A stretch of 64,000 bases of DNA from an uncultured Methylomirabilota bacterium (GCA_963705305.1 OY970067.1:384001-448000); one strand, 5' to 3'. Shown: positions 39,271 through 48,586, numbered from the stretch's first letter. Notes: generated from the letters alone by a model not told the origin. Translations and numbers: made by a program.

Positions 39271-40062
39271 TCAGAGCCACCCGCCGAGAACCGCGCCGAG
39301 GACGGCGGCGGCCGCCAGCACTGCCGCCGCCCGGAGACCGATATCCAGCGCCCCCCGTTGCACCTCCACGAAGAACGTCCGGTCCGGACGTGCGCCGAAG
39401 GCCCGCAAATCCAGCGCCAGCGCGATCGTGGACGCACGCCGGAGCGCGATCAGGACGAGCGGCACCATCAGGGGGAAGACGCGAAAGACGCGCAGCAGCG
39501 GGTTCACGCGCTCGATGTCGTAGCCGCGGCATTGCTGCGCGTTCTTGATCGTGGTCAGCTCTTCCAGCATGAGCGGCAGGAACCGCAGGGCCAAGGTAAA
39601 GCTGTAGGCATACTTGAACGGCATGCCGAGGTCGCATAAGGCCTTCGTGAACTTCGCCGGATGAACGACCACGAAAAAGATGGTCAGGGTGATCGCCAGC
39701 AGGACCACGCGCAGGGTGATGCGCAGCCCGAGCACGAACCCCTGCCCGGACAGGGTGATCTCCCGGCCCAGGATGTGCCAGCTCGCGACGATCTGCTCGG
39801 GCTGCGTCACCGTCTGAATGAGCGTGATGAAGAAACACAGGGGCAAGATGAGTATGAGCGGCGCCAGGACCGTCCGGGCAGGCAGCCGCCCTACGACCAT
39901 GAACAGGAGCAGCGCCGCGAGGGTGGCGCCCATGACCCCCAGATGGAGGGTCGAGAAAACGATCACCGTGGCGCACACCACCAGAGTCGCCATCGTCATC
40001 GGGTGCAGCCGGGTCGTCCAGGAGCGCCCCTCGAGGGCAAACGTGTAAAGCGATCGGGCCAT
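39271..40062 (-). CDS. ecfT: ECF transporter transmembrane T component
   Basis: RLHPMT, LALRFLPLM, coupling-helix motifs AQQCRG and ALDLRAF. Confidence 0.9.
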   Translation of the reverse strand: MARSLYTFALEGRSWTTRLHPMTMATLVVCATVIVFSTLHLGVMGATLAALLLFMVVGRLPARTVLAPLILILPLCFFITLIQTVTQPEQIVASWHILGREITLSGQGFVLGLRITLRVVLLAITLTIFFVVVHPAKFTKALCDLGMPFKYAYSFTLALRFLPLMLEELTTIKNAQQCRGYDIERVNPLLRVFRVFPLMVPLVLIALRRASTIALALDLRAFGARPDRTFFVEVQRGALDIGLRAAAVLAAAAVLGAVLGGWL

Positions 40063-40078
40063 AATACGATGGGGCCTC

Positions 40079-40666
40079 CTACTCCTCCACGAAGCCCGCG
40101 TTCCGGACCACGTTGAGAAGTCCCCGCAGGAAGATGGCCGGAACGGGGATGCAGACCGCGGTTTGAAACGCATACAGATTCAGCATCTTATGCCACGGCA
40201 ATTTGAAGTAGAACACGTGGAGCGGGATGTAGAGCACCACCAGCAGGAGGGCGGCCGTAATCGAATAGACGATCACGTAGGGCCAGGAGATGATGTTCCG
40301 GAAATACCGCCCCACCAGCCAGGCACTGAAGGCCTGGGAGGCATTGGTGATCAGCCAGAAGGGGGCGATCGGGCTCGTGCCGGTGGCGGTGGCGATCAGG
40401 GGGTTGATGTCCGCCACGATGATCCCGGGCACCAGGCCGTACAGCATGGTCCCCAGCCCGATCATCGTCATCGAAATGATGCGGCCGGACACCGGGAACA
40501 ATCCCCCGAAGAGGAGCGTATCTAGCCGTTCTGCAAACTGCAGGAGGCCGATCATGGCCAGCGCCAGGAAGATGGCGCTTACGATTCCCTTGGAATCCAC
40601 CCGCCCCGGGCAAGCCTTCGCGGACATCTTGGCCAACGGAATGGTGAACTGCTTCGTCGTTGCCAT
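40079..40666 (-). CDS. Probable ECF substrate-binding S component of unrecognised family
   Basis: About 195 aa, about 6 hydrophobic helices, AxxxA (AIFLA) in helix 1, immediately upstream of ecfT and the two ATPases; AGGAGGAGG RBS. Confidence 0.7.
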   Translation of the reverse strand: MATTKQFTIPLAKMSAKACPGRVDSKGIVSAIFLALAMIGLLQFAERLDTLLFGGLFPVSGRIISMTMIGLGTMLYGLVPGIIVADINPLIATATGTSPIAPFWLITNASQAFSAWLVGRYFRNIISWPYVIVYSITAALLLVVLYIPLHVFYFKLPWHKMLNLYAFQTAVCIPVPAIFLRGLLNVVRNAGFVEE

Positions 40667-40778
40667 CGTGCCCTCCTCCTTGAGGGATGCATTGCCTGCC
40701 GCACATGACGCACCGCCCCTCACCGGCAGCCGCTGCGCGGCCCCTTGACGGCCCCGGCGCGTGCCGCCGGGCCGCAGA

Positions 40779-42137
40779 TCAGGCAGTCCCCGGCGCGGCC
40801 CCTGGCACAAACCGGCCGTCTCCCGGTTTCGCCAGGAGCTCCCCGTCCCGGTACGCGAACACCCCACGGACCAGCGTCGCCACCACCGCCCCCTGCACCG
40901 TCATCCCTGCAAACGGACTCCACCGGGCATGCGAAAACATCTGATCGTCGCGGACCACCCAGCGCTTCTTGGGGTCGAACAGCACGAGGTCCGCATCGGC
41001 GCCCGGGCGGAGCTCGCCTTTCGTCGGCGGCAGATCGAAGACCCGCGCAACATTCCGGCTCAGAACCTCTACGAAGCGGCCCAGGCTGATCCGCCCTTTG
41101 GCCACCCCTTCGCTGTACAGCAGCGGGACGAGCGTCTGGACGCCGGGGGCGCCGGAGCCGTTCTCGAAGATGTCCGGCTTGCTCTTGCTTTCTGGGGGCC
41201 AGGGGGCATGGTCCGAGGCCACGAGGTCGATCCGGCCGGCCGCCAGGTCCGCCCACAACCCCTCCACGTCCGCGCGCTCCCGCACCGGCGGGTTGATCTT
41301 TGCCTTGGCCTTCAGGCGATCCATGTCGTCGATCGTCAGCACGAGGTAATGCGGGCACGTCTCCGCGGTGACCCGGGCTCCCTCCCGCCGATAGCGCTGG
41401 ACCAACTCGATGCAACGGGGGAGCGAGACATGATGGATGTGCAAGCGGACGCCCGTCTCCAGGGCAAACTCGCAGGCCCGGAGGGTAGCCTCCACCTCGG
41501 AGATCGGAGGCCGGCTCAGGCAGTGGTCGCGAGGCGCCGTGCGGCCGGCAGCGCGCAGCTGCCGGACGGTCTCCTGGACGATGCGATCGTTCTCCGCGTG
41601 AACCCCCGCGTGCAACCCTGTCCGGGCCACCCGCCGGAAGGCCTCCAGCAGAAAGGGGTCCGGCACGATGGGGAAGCGCACCGGGTCCGTATCGAAGAGG
41701 GACATCTTGTATCCGCAGGCGCCGGCTGCCGCCAGGCCGGCGACCTGGTCCAGGGTCTCCTTCTTGACAGCCGCCAGCATGGCGCAATCCACGCGGGTCT
41801 CTTTTCGGATCCGATCCAGCTTTGCCATGAACTGGTCCGTGGTCGATATCCCGGCCGGGGCATCGAACGGCATGTCCACGATGGTGGTCACGCCGCCCGC
41901 CGCCGCCGCCGCGGTTGCGGCGGGTACTCCCTCGAAGGGCGTGCTGGCGCAGTGGACGTGGGCATCGATGAAGCCGGGGAAGACCAGCAGGCCGGCGGCG
42001 TCTACCCGCTCTCGGGCGGGCGGTTCATATCCCGGCGCGAACCATCCGGCGATTCGCCCATCGCGCACCCCGATCCCCGCCCCGGAGGCGATTCGCCCAT
42101 CCCACACCACATCTCCCACGATCAGCATGTCCAGCAT
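40779..42137 (-). CDS. Allantoinase/hydantoinase/dihydroorotase-family cyclic amidohydrolase
   Basis: PGFIDAHVH, GGVTTIVDMP, GYKMS (carbamylated Lys position), HAEN, ETCPHYL, KINPPVR, ASDHAPW. Confidence 0.9.
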   Translation of the reverse strand: MLDMLIVGDVVWDGRIASGAGIGVRDGRIAGWFAPGYEPPARERVDAAGLLVFPGFIDAHVHCASTPFEGVPAATAAAAAGGVTTIVDMPFDAPAGISTTDQFMAKLDRIRKETRVDCAMLAAVKKETLDQVAGLAAAGACGYKMSLFDTDPVRFPIVPDPFLLEAFRRVARTGLHAGVHAENDRIVQETVRQLRAAGRTAPRDHCLSRPPISEVEATLRACEFALETGVRLHIHHVSLPRCIELVQRYRREGARVTAETCPHYLVLTIDDMDRLKAKAKINPPVRERADVEGLWADLAAGRIDLVASDHAPWPPESKSKPDIFENGSGAPGVQTLVPLLYSEGVAKGRISLGRFVEVLSRNVARVFDLPPTKGELRPGADADLVLFDPKKRWVVRDDQMFSHARWSPFAGMTVQGAVVATLVRGVFAYRDGELLAKPGDGRFVPGAAPGTA

Positions 42138-42189
42138 GGCTCTCTCCGTTCCCTCTCCTTGCAAGTCGAGGAGACGACCGGCCGTCCCG

Positions 42190-43092
42190 TCACCTGGGGC
42201 CCTGACCAACCGGAATCCCCTCATGCCACGTGAAAATGTCGAAATGGCGGAAGAGCTGCTCCTGAACCGCGTAGCGCTCCCTCACGGAATCGGCGGCCAA
42301 CCTGACATACTCTGCCAAGACCGCGTTTACGAGAGAAGTGGCGGCCGTGTACGAGTCGAACGACGAGGCCCCCCGGGTAGAGATGATGAATCTGAGGTCC
42401 GCCAACGGAGCCTGGGGGGCCATGGCCGAGTCGGTGAAAAGAATCACCTGACCGTCCACCTTCCGAAAGTACTCTGCCACCCTCCCGCTGAGCCGTGGGT
42501 AACGGCGGAAATCAAAGAGCCACAGGATGTCCCCCGACCGTGCCCGACTCAGGAGATCGGCAACATAGAAGTTCCCCATCGGGGCCAGGAAGACGTTCTC
42601 CCGCACCCCGTTGAGCTGGATGAAGGTGTAGAGGCAGAGCGAGAAGTGCTTCCGGGCGCCGAACACGAACACGGACCGTTCTCGATCCAGCAGAAGCCTC
42701 ATGAACTTGCGAACATCGGCGAGCGACAGGTCCTTGAAGGTCTCTTGGATGTTCTTGAGATCGAGATGCAGAACCTGCTGGAACAGCGCGGTCTCGTCCT
42801 TGACCGGCCTGATCCGCGCCGGCGTGCGCGCCAGGGGGGAGGCCATGAGGAAATTCACCGCCTCCCGAACATCCTCATGGGCACCCTTGATGCTGCCGTA
42901 CCCGATCTTGGGGAAAAAGCGCGAGACGGTGGAGACATTCAGATTGAGCGCCTTGGCAATCGACGAGGCATTCTCGAGGAGTCCGGTGGGATACGAGCGC
43001 AGCAGGTAATCGGCGATCTTCCGGTCGCTGGGCGAGAGGGAGCCGCGGGCCCGGTGGATGCGCTCAGTGAAGGCGAGCTTGGGATTCTTCAT
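42190..43092 (-). CDS. RpiR/MurR-family transcriptional regulator (HTH + SIS)
   Basis: LSPSDRKIADYL, STVSRFFPKIGY, VFVFGARKHF, FDFRRY, FTDSAMAP. Confidence 0.9.
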   Translation of the reverse strand: MKNPKLAFTERIHRARGSLSPSDRKIADYLLRSYPTGLLENASSIAKALNLNVSTVSRFFPKIGYGSIKGAHEDVREAVNFLMASPLARTPARIRPVKDETALFQQVLHLDLKNIQETFKDLSLADVRKFMRLLLDRERSVFVFGARKHFSLCLYTFIQLNGVRENVFLAPMGNFYVADLLSRARSGDILWLFDFRRYPRLSGRVAEYFRKVDGQVILFTDSAMAPQAPLADLRFIISTRGASSFDSYTAATSLVNAVLAEYVRLAADSVRERYAVQEQLFRHFDIFTWHEGIPVGQGPR

Positions 43093-43136
43093 GCAAACCT
43101 TTTTGCATTAGTCCGCTTGTGTGCAAAGAGTTTGCA
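43091..43136. promoter_or_regulatory. Two TGCAAA...TTTGCA palindromes at and upstream of the RpiR start
   Basis: ATGCAAACCTTTTTGCAT (43091-43108) and TGCAAAGAGTTTGCA (43122-43136); extra half-site TGCAAA near 43179. Confidence 0.6.
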
Positions 43137-43581
43137 GCGGTTTCGGCCGGCCTGTCAACGGGGGGGTGCAGGCGATCGTGCAAAGGTATGGCTTTTCGAA
43201 CAGCGCGATAGCACCCGCCGGGTCAGCCGGGGTGATTCGACGCCGCCCGAAACCCTGGTCATTTCGAAATTGAAAGGGCCATCTCGGTGCCTTGGCGGCG
43301 AGAGCTTCGGATTGGGTCAGTGATCGCGAAAGGCCGGGATGTCGATCGGATTGAGAAGGGTGTGGGTCGCGGAGCCGAAGGGGAATCCCTCCAAGGAAGA
43401 CTCGCCGCAGGCCTTCCCTGACAAGCAGGTCGGCCTGTGACTGACCCGTGCTGACGAGGATCGAGCTGGACGCTCGGGATGTGGGGCAGGAGGCGGCGCC
43501 CGCTTGCTTACCGATCCCCCGACGCCGTCCGATCGTCCCGGCAGGCCCCTCGTGGCGGGCCACGATCGTCTTCCTGTCGGA

Positions 43582-44988
43582 TCAGAAGGGCCCCGTGGCG
43601 GTCCCGGCTCTTGGCGTTCCGCGCTGGCGCGACAGCCCCGCGGAGCCCACGCCCCTGCCTTTCGTCGCCCGCAAATACGAGACCAGGTTCATCGGCTGCC
43701 GGGTGAGCCCGAACTTCGCGCGGATGTTCTTCCGGTGAAACGCAATGGCGCTTGGCGACACTCCAAGCATCGCGGCGATCTCCTTGGTCCGCTTGCCCAG
43801 CCGCAATAGGTCCGCGATCTGCAATTCGGTCGGGGTCAGCCGCATCCTCCAGGATTCCACCTGCTCGCCAAAGGACGAGGTGACGTTGCGGAGGTTGGCC
43901 TCCATGACCTCTACCAACACCCGCTGATCGGTGCTGAGGGGAGTCGTTTTGAGGTTCGCCACGTACGCCAAAACCAGCTCTTCCAGGGTGGTGCGCACGC
44001 CCGCCAGCCGCAGCTGCGCCTCATGCTCCCGGTGTTCCATCAGGGTCGTCAAGGCGGCATTCAGTTTTTCGATCTTCTGCAGCTGAAGCGAGATCTCTCG
44101 ATCCTTCTGCAGGAGGGCCTCCTCGGCCTGCACGCGGGCGGTCACGTCGCGATTGACACAGAGCACGCATGGCTTCCCATCGTAGCGCATCGGCGTGATG
44201 GCGGTTTCCACGATCAGCCGGGACCGATCGGGGAGGACCATCGTCTGGCGCCTGGGCGGATCCGGGAGGCCGGTTTCGAGCGCCGTGCGCGTCCGCGTGA
44301 GGAGCACCTCGTGATCGTCGGCATGGAAGAGGCCGAGCACCGAGCGGCCGTCGAGATCCTCCGGGCGCAGGGCGCCGACGAGGCGGGTGGCCGCCGGATT
44401 TGCGAAGACGACCCGGCCGCCGGTGTCCGACACGATCACGGCATCGGGGAGGAACTCGATGAGGCTGCGATAGCGCTCCTCCGCCTCGCGCAGCTCCTGC
44501 TCCGCCAGTTTCGCCGTGGTGTTGTCGAAGAGATAGCCGCGGATCTGCGTGAGGTCCCCGTGCGAGTCCCGCACGCCCACCACGTTCTCGACCACGTGGA
44601 TGCAGACGCCGTCGCGTCGCTGCCGCACGCATTCGTAGTGCTCGAGCTTCCCCCCCGTGCGGAGCGCGGCAAGGAAGCTGTCGTAGTCTTTGGGGCGGGG
44701 ATGCAGCGCCCGCAGGTTCGTCCGAAGCGCGTCCTGCCGGCTCGCAAATCCGAGGATCGCGACGAAGGCGGGGTTGCAGTCTAGAATCTTCCCCTCCCGG
44801 GTGGCAAGGTAATCGCCGGTGAGGTCGTCTTCAAAGAGTCGCCGATACCGCTCTTCACTTTCCCGAAGCGCCTGCTCTGCGCGCGCCGACTTGCTCAGCC
44901 GGCGTCCGCACGCCTCCGCTTGGGCCAGTTTCTTTTGGAGCGCGGCGATTTCCCCCAGCAGGCTTTCACGCGAGGCTGACTGTCTCAC
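43582..44988 (-). CDS. PAS-PAS-coiled-coil-LuxR-HTH one-component regulator (paralog 1)
   Basis: GGAG before GTG 44988; ESEERYRRLFE, two PAS domains, LTPTELQIADLLRLGKRTKEIA...FHRKNIRAKFGL. Confidence 0.88.
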   Translation of the reverse strand: MRQSASRESLLGEIAALQKKLAQAEACGRRLSKSARAEQALRESEERYRRLFEDDLTGDYLATREGKILDCNPAFVAILGFASRQDALRTNLRALHPRPKDYDSFLAALRTGGKLEHYECVRQRRDGVCIHVVENVVGVRDSHGDLTQIRGYLFDNTTAKLAEQELREAEERYRSLIEFLPDAVIVSDTGGRVVFANPAATRLVGALRPEDLDGRSVLGLFHADDHEVLLTRTRTALETGLPDPPRRQTMVLPDRSRLIVETAITPMRYDGKPCVLCVNRDVTARVQAEEALLQKDREISLQLQKIEKLNAALTTLMEHREHEAQLRLAGVRTTLEELVLAYVANLKTTPLSTDQRVLVEVMEANLRNVTSSFGEQVESWRMRLTPTELQIADLLRLGKRTKEIAAMLGVSPSAIAFHRKNIRAKFGLTRQPMNLVSYLRATKGRGVGSAGLSRQRGTPRAGTATGPF

Positions 44989-45132
44989 CTGACGCTCCAA
45001 TTGATACAACTGGTACTTAGAGCAGTGAATAGTAGGAAACACCTCTTGCTTTATACTATTTTTACACTCATTTGTCCATCCGAGACATGAACATGCTCAG
45101 TTATCGTTGATTACAGCATTTAGTATGAGGAT

Positions 45133-45163
45133 TTACCTACTCTTCCCCTGACCTTACCTACTC
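45133..45163 (+). promoter_or_regulatory. Direct repeat TTACCTACTC x2, 21-bp period, in the AT-rich region between the regulator and mrpA
   Basis: Copies at 45133-45142 and 45154-45163; inverted partial copy AGTAGG at about 45031. Confidence 0.55.
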
Positions 45164-45342
45164 AACAAGAATTTTTCAAGATTCGATAGGATGACGCTAA
45201 CCGTGGTATTTCACGGGCAGCCGGGAGATGGCGGCCTCTGGGTTCCGACGCGGCGGATTCAGGCGATGCCACATGTGAAGCGAGGGAAGGTGGACCCGTT
45301 CCGGCGCCGGTGCCCCGCCATCCGTCGTATCTCGGGGAAGGG

Positions 45343-47667
45343 ATGATGCCACAGTGTGACCTGCTGCTCCCCGTCATCGTGTTCGCTCCTTTCGTGTTCG
45401 CCGCGGTGGCGCTTGCCATCGGCCGTCCGGCAGGACAGCGCACCGGACTGCTCATGGTCGGGAGCGCTGCGGCCTCTTTTGGCGGTAGCCTGTTCCTCGC
45501 CACGGTGCACGGCCCGGTCGGTTTCAGCCGCCCATGGATTCCCGGGCTCGGTGTGGCCCTGAGCCTGCGGGCTGATCCGTTCGGTCTGATCTTCGCCCTG
45601 CTCATCTCGGGGATCGGGGCCTGCGTGGGCATCTATTCCATCGCCTACATGCCCAGGCTGGCCCCCAGTCGTCTCGGCCAGTTCTACGCCGCCCTGCTCG
45701 CCTTCATGGGCGCCATGCTCGGCGTGGTATTGGCCGATGACCTGATCCTCCTCTTCATCTTCTGGGAGATCACCAGCCTGACCTCCTTCCTGCTGATCGG
45801 CTTCTGGCACGAGCAGGAGGCGGCGCGCAAGGGGGCCCTCACCGCCCTCCTCGTCACCGTCCTGGGCGGCCTGACGATGATGGTCGGCTTCCTCATCATC
45901 GGAATCACGACGGAGACGTTCAGCCTCAGCGCGCTGACGCAGCACGCGGAGCTTGCGCGGCGCCTGACCGAGTCCTCCCTCTGCCTCCCGGCCCTGCTCC
46001 TCGTGCTGATCGGCGCCATGACCAAATCCGCCCAGTGGCCGTTCCACTTTTGGCTGCCTGGCGCCATGGTGGCTCCGACACCGGTCTCCACCTACCTGCA
46101 CGCGGCCACCATGGTCAAGGCGGGCATTTTTCTGCTGGGGCGGATGCTGCCCATCTTCGGCGGAAGCCCGGCCTGGGCGGGGGCGCTGGTCCCCGTAGGG
46201 CTCGCCACCTTCCTGCTGGGTGCCGTCCAGGCCGTTCACGAGGACGACCTCAAGGGCTTGCTGGCGCGGGCCACGGTCTCCACGTTGGGGATGATCACCA
46301 TGCTCTACGGCCTGGGAGGGGCCGCCCAGGATGTCCTCCAGATCCTCTCCCACGCCACCTACAAGGGCGCCTTGTTCCTGGTTGCCGGCATCATCGAGCA
46401 CGTCACGCACACCCGGGACCTCCGCCAGCTCGGGGGCCTGCGACGGCGCATGCCCGTGACCTTCGCCCTCTGCCTGCTGGGGGCCCTGTCCATGGCCGGA
46501 CTGCCGCCCCTGTTCGGCTTCCTAGCCAAGGAGTCCCTGTACGCCACGCTCCTGCACGCATCCGCCCTGCGCGGATGGGTCCCCCCGATGCTTGTCCTCG
46601 GGTTGAGCGTCCTCGCCAATGCCTTCATCTTTGCCGCAGGATGCCGCCTGGTTATCGAGGTCTTCCTGGGCCGGCCGACCGCCCATACCGAACATGCCCA
46701 CGAAGCCGGCCCCGGCCTGTGGCTTCCGGCCGCGGCCCTGGCGGGAGGTGCGCTCCTCCTGGGCCTCATGGCCCCCGCCGCCGGCCGCCTCGTCAGCCGC
46801 TTTTCCTCGGACCCGCGGGCCGAGGTGCACCTCTCCCTCGTCCCCGCTCACCTGGAGCCGCTGGCGCTTTCCCTACTGACGATCGCCCTGGGCATCGGGA
46901 TCTACGCCGGCCGGCGCGCCGCTGTGCGCTGGTGGCAGGGGGCCACACTGCCCACCATGCAGCGTGTGTGGGACGGACTGCTGGAGAAGATCACCGAGGG
47001 CGCCGTGGCCTTCAGCGTCCGCTGGCAGAGCGGGTCGCTGCGCTGGTACCTCGCCGGCTCACTGGTGTTTGCCGTTGGGTTGTCTGGGTACGCGTTCGAG
47101 CGGGCCGGAATCTCCGTTCTCGAGGTGCCCATCAGCCTCCGGGAAATGACGTGGTACGGTCTCACGCTCTGCGTGATGCTAGGGATGACGGCTGTCCTGG
47201 TCGCCCGCTCCGCCTCTCGCCTGGGGGCCGCCATCGCGCTCACGTCGAACGGCTTCCTGACCGCCCTGCTCTTCGTGGTCTACCGCTCTCCCGATATCCT
47301 GCTCACCCAGATTCTGATCGAGACCGTCTCCACGATCTTCCTGCTCCTCATCCTGTACTTCATGCCCCCCTTCCGTCCCGAGGGCCTTCCCTCCATCCGG
47401 CGGTTGGTCAACCTGGCCGTCTCCGTGGGCGTGGGCGCCGTGATGTTCAGCTTCATCCTGCTCAGCACCAGCCCGCAGTTCCGGGCGGTCCACAATCTGG
47501 GGATCGACTACCTTCGCCGCTCCTTCACGGAGGCGGGGGGCGCCAACGCGGTGAACGTCATCATCGTGGATTTCCGGGCCATGGATACCAACGGGGAGGT
47601 CACCGTCCTGGTCCTGGTGGGTCTTCTCGTGTACGGCCTGTTGCGAACGCGGCGGAGGGCGACATGA
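45343..47667 (+). CDS. mrpA: Multisubunit Na+(K+)/H+ antiporter subunit A
   Basis: FWEITSLTSFLLIGF, TKSAQWPFHFWLPGAMVAPTPVSTYLHAATMVKAG, GGANAVNVIIVDFRAMDTNGE. Confidence 0.95.
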   Translation: MMPQCDLLLPVIVFAPFVFAAVALAIGRPAGQRTGLLMVGSAAASFGGSLFLATVHGPVGFSRPWIPGLGVALSLRADPFGLIFALLISGIGACVGIYSIAYMPRLAPSRLGQFYAALLAFMGAMLGVVLADDLILLFIFWEITSLTSFLLIGFWHEQEAARKGALTALLVTVLGGLTMMVGFLIIGITTETFSLSALTQHAELARRLTESSLCLPALLLVLIGAMTKSAQWPFHFWLPGAMVAPTPVSTYLHAATMVKAGIFLLGRMLPIFGGSPAWAGALVPVGLATFLLGAVQAVHEDDLKGLLARATVSTLGMITMLYGLGGAAQDVLQILSHATYKGALFLVAGIIEHVTHTRDLRQLGGLRRRMPVTFALCLLGALSMAGLPPLFGFLAKESLYATLLHASALRGWVPPMLVLGLSVLANAFIFAAGCRLVIEVFLGRPTAHTEHAHEAGPGLWLPAAALAGGALLLGLMAPAAGRLVSRFSSDPRAEVHLSLVPAHLEPLALSLLTIALGIGIYAGRRAAVRWWQGATLPTMQRVWDGLLEKITEGAVAFSVRWQSGSLRWYLAGSLVFAVGLSGYAFERAGISVLEVPISLREMTWYGLTLCVMLGMTAVLVARSASRLGAAIALTSNGFLTALLFVVYRSPDILLTQILIETVSTIFLLLILYFMPPFRPEGLPSIRRLVNLAVSVGVGAVMFSFILLSTSPQFRAVHNLGIDYLRRSFTEAGGANAVNVIIVDFRAMDTNGEVTVLVLVGLLVYGLLRTRRRAT

Positions 47668-48080
47668 GCGAAGATCCGATCCTGCGGACCGTGGCCCGCA
47701 TTGCAGTCCCCCTCACCCTCTGGGTCTCCCTGGTGATCTTTCTGCAGGGACATAACCTCCCCGGCGGCGGCTTTATCGCCGGGGTCATGGCGGGGGCCGC
47801 GGGGGCCATGCATCTCCTGGCCTTCGGGACGGCCAGGGCGGCGCGGTATCGGTGGTGGAAGGTCTCGGTTTTCGGGCTGCTCGTGTCGGTCGCCACCGGC
47901 ACCGTGCCCCTGCTCATGGGCCGGCCATACATGCAGGATGCCATCTGGCACTTCGACCCGCCGGTCATCGGACTCTATGAGCTGCCCACGGCCACGTTCT
48001 TCGACCTGGGGGTGTACCTGATCGTGGTGGGAACCCTGATGACCATTTTCGTAGAGCTGGCCCAGGAGGAGGGACACTAA
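47664..48080 (+). CDS. mrpB: Mrp antiporter subunit B
   Basis: ATGA overlap; GHNLPGGGFIAG, FDLGVYLIVVG. Confidence 0.93.
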   Translation: MSEDPILRTVARIAVPLTLWVSLVIFLQGHNLPGGGFIAGVMAGAAGAMHLLAFGTARAARYRWWKVSVFGLLVSVATGTVPLLMGRPYMQDAIWHFDPPVIGLYELPTATFFDLGVYLIVVGTLMTIFVELAQEEGH

Positions 48081-48586
48081 TGGAGCTGCCAATGGCGGCG
48101 GTCATTGCAATACTGTTTGCCGCCGGGACCTCCCTGATCTTGCGGCCCAACCTCATCCGGCTGGTGATGGGCTTCGGCCTGTACTCCAACGCCACCAATC
48201 TCCTGCTGATCACCGTCGGGGGATATACCCGCACCAGCAGCGCCCCCTTCGTGGGGCCGGAGACCCGGACAGTGGCGGGGCTGATGGACCCCCTCCCGCC
48301 GGATATCATCCTCACCGCCATCGTCATCAGTTTTGCCGTGGGCGCCCTGACGCTCATCGTGTGTTACCGCGTGTACCTGGACCACGGCACCGACAACCCC
48401 CAGGAACTCCCGGTAGACGACGACTTCGGTCAATCGGCAGACGCGCTTTCCGCCCTCGCCAGCAGTCCGGCGGATCGCCGCGACGGCCGCGGGCGGATGC
48501 CCCGGTCGCTCCGCCTCCTCCTGCGTGAAGAGGGGCGGCCGGAGACGGGAGGAATTATGCGGGACCAACCGGTGGAGCGGCGATGA
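48080..48586 (+). CDS. mrpC: Mrp antiporter subunit C, with hydrophilic C-terminal tail
   Basis: NATNLLLI, DPLPPDIILTAIVISFA. Confidence 0.92.
   Translation: MELPMAAVIAILFAAGTSLILRPNLIRLVMGFGLYSNATNLLLITVGGYTRTSSAPFVGPETRTVAGLMDPLPPDIILTAIVISFAVGALTLIVCYRVYLDHGTDNPQELPVDDDFGQSADALSALASSPADRRDGRGRMPRSLRLLLREEGRPETGGIMRDQPVERR

Noticed and set aside
43190..43580. About 400-bp intergenic stretch examined for tRNA, riboswitch or gene remnant
   Set aside because: No cloverleaf, riboswitch consensus or recognisable protein motif seen by eye; an Rfam search would be needed to exclude an ncRNA.
46035..48080. 681-aa ORF, and similarly 48768-50771, 23050-24654, 24844-26727 and 54573-56444
   Set aside because: Only the C-terminal parts are real genes (mrpB, mrpE/F, dppC-like, dppF-like, dctM); the N-terminal extensions are off-frame overlaps with the upstream gene.
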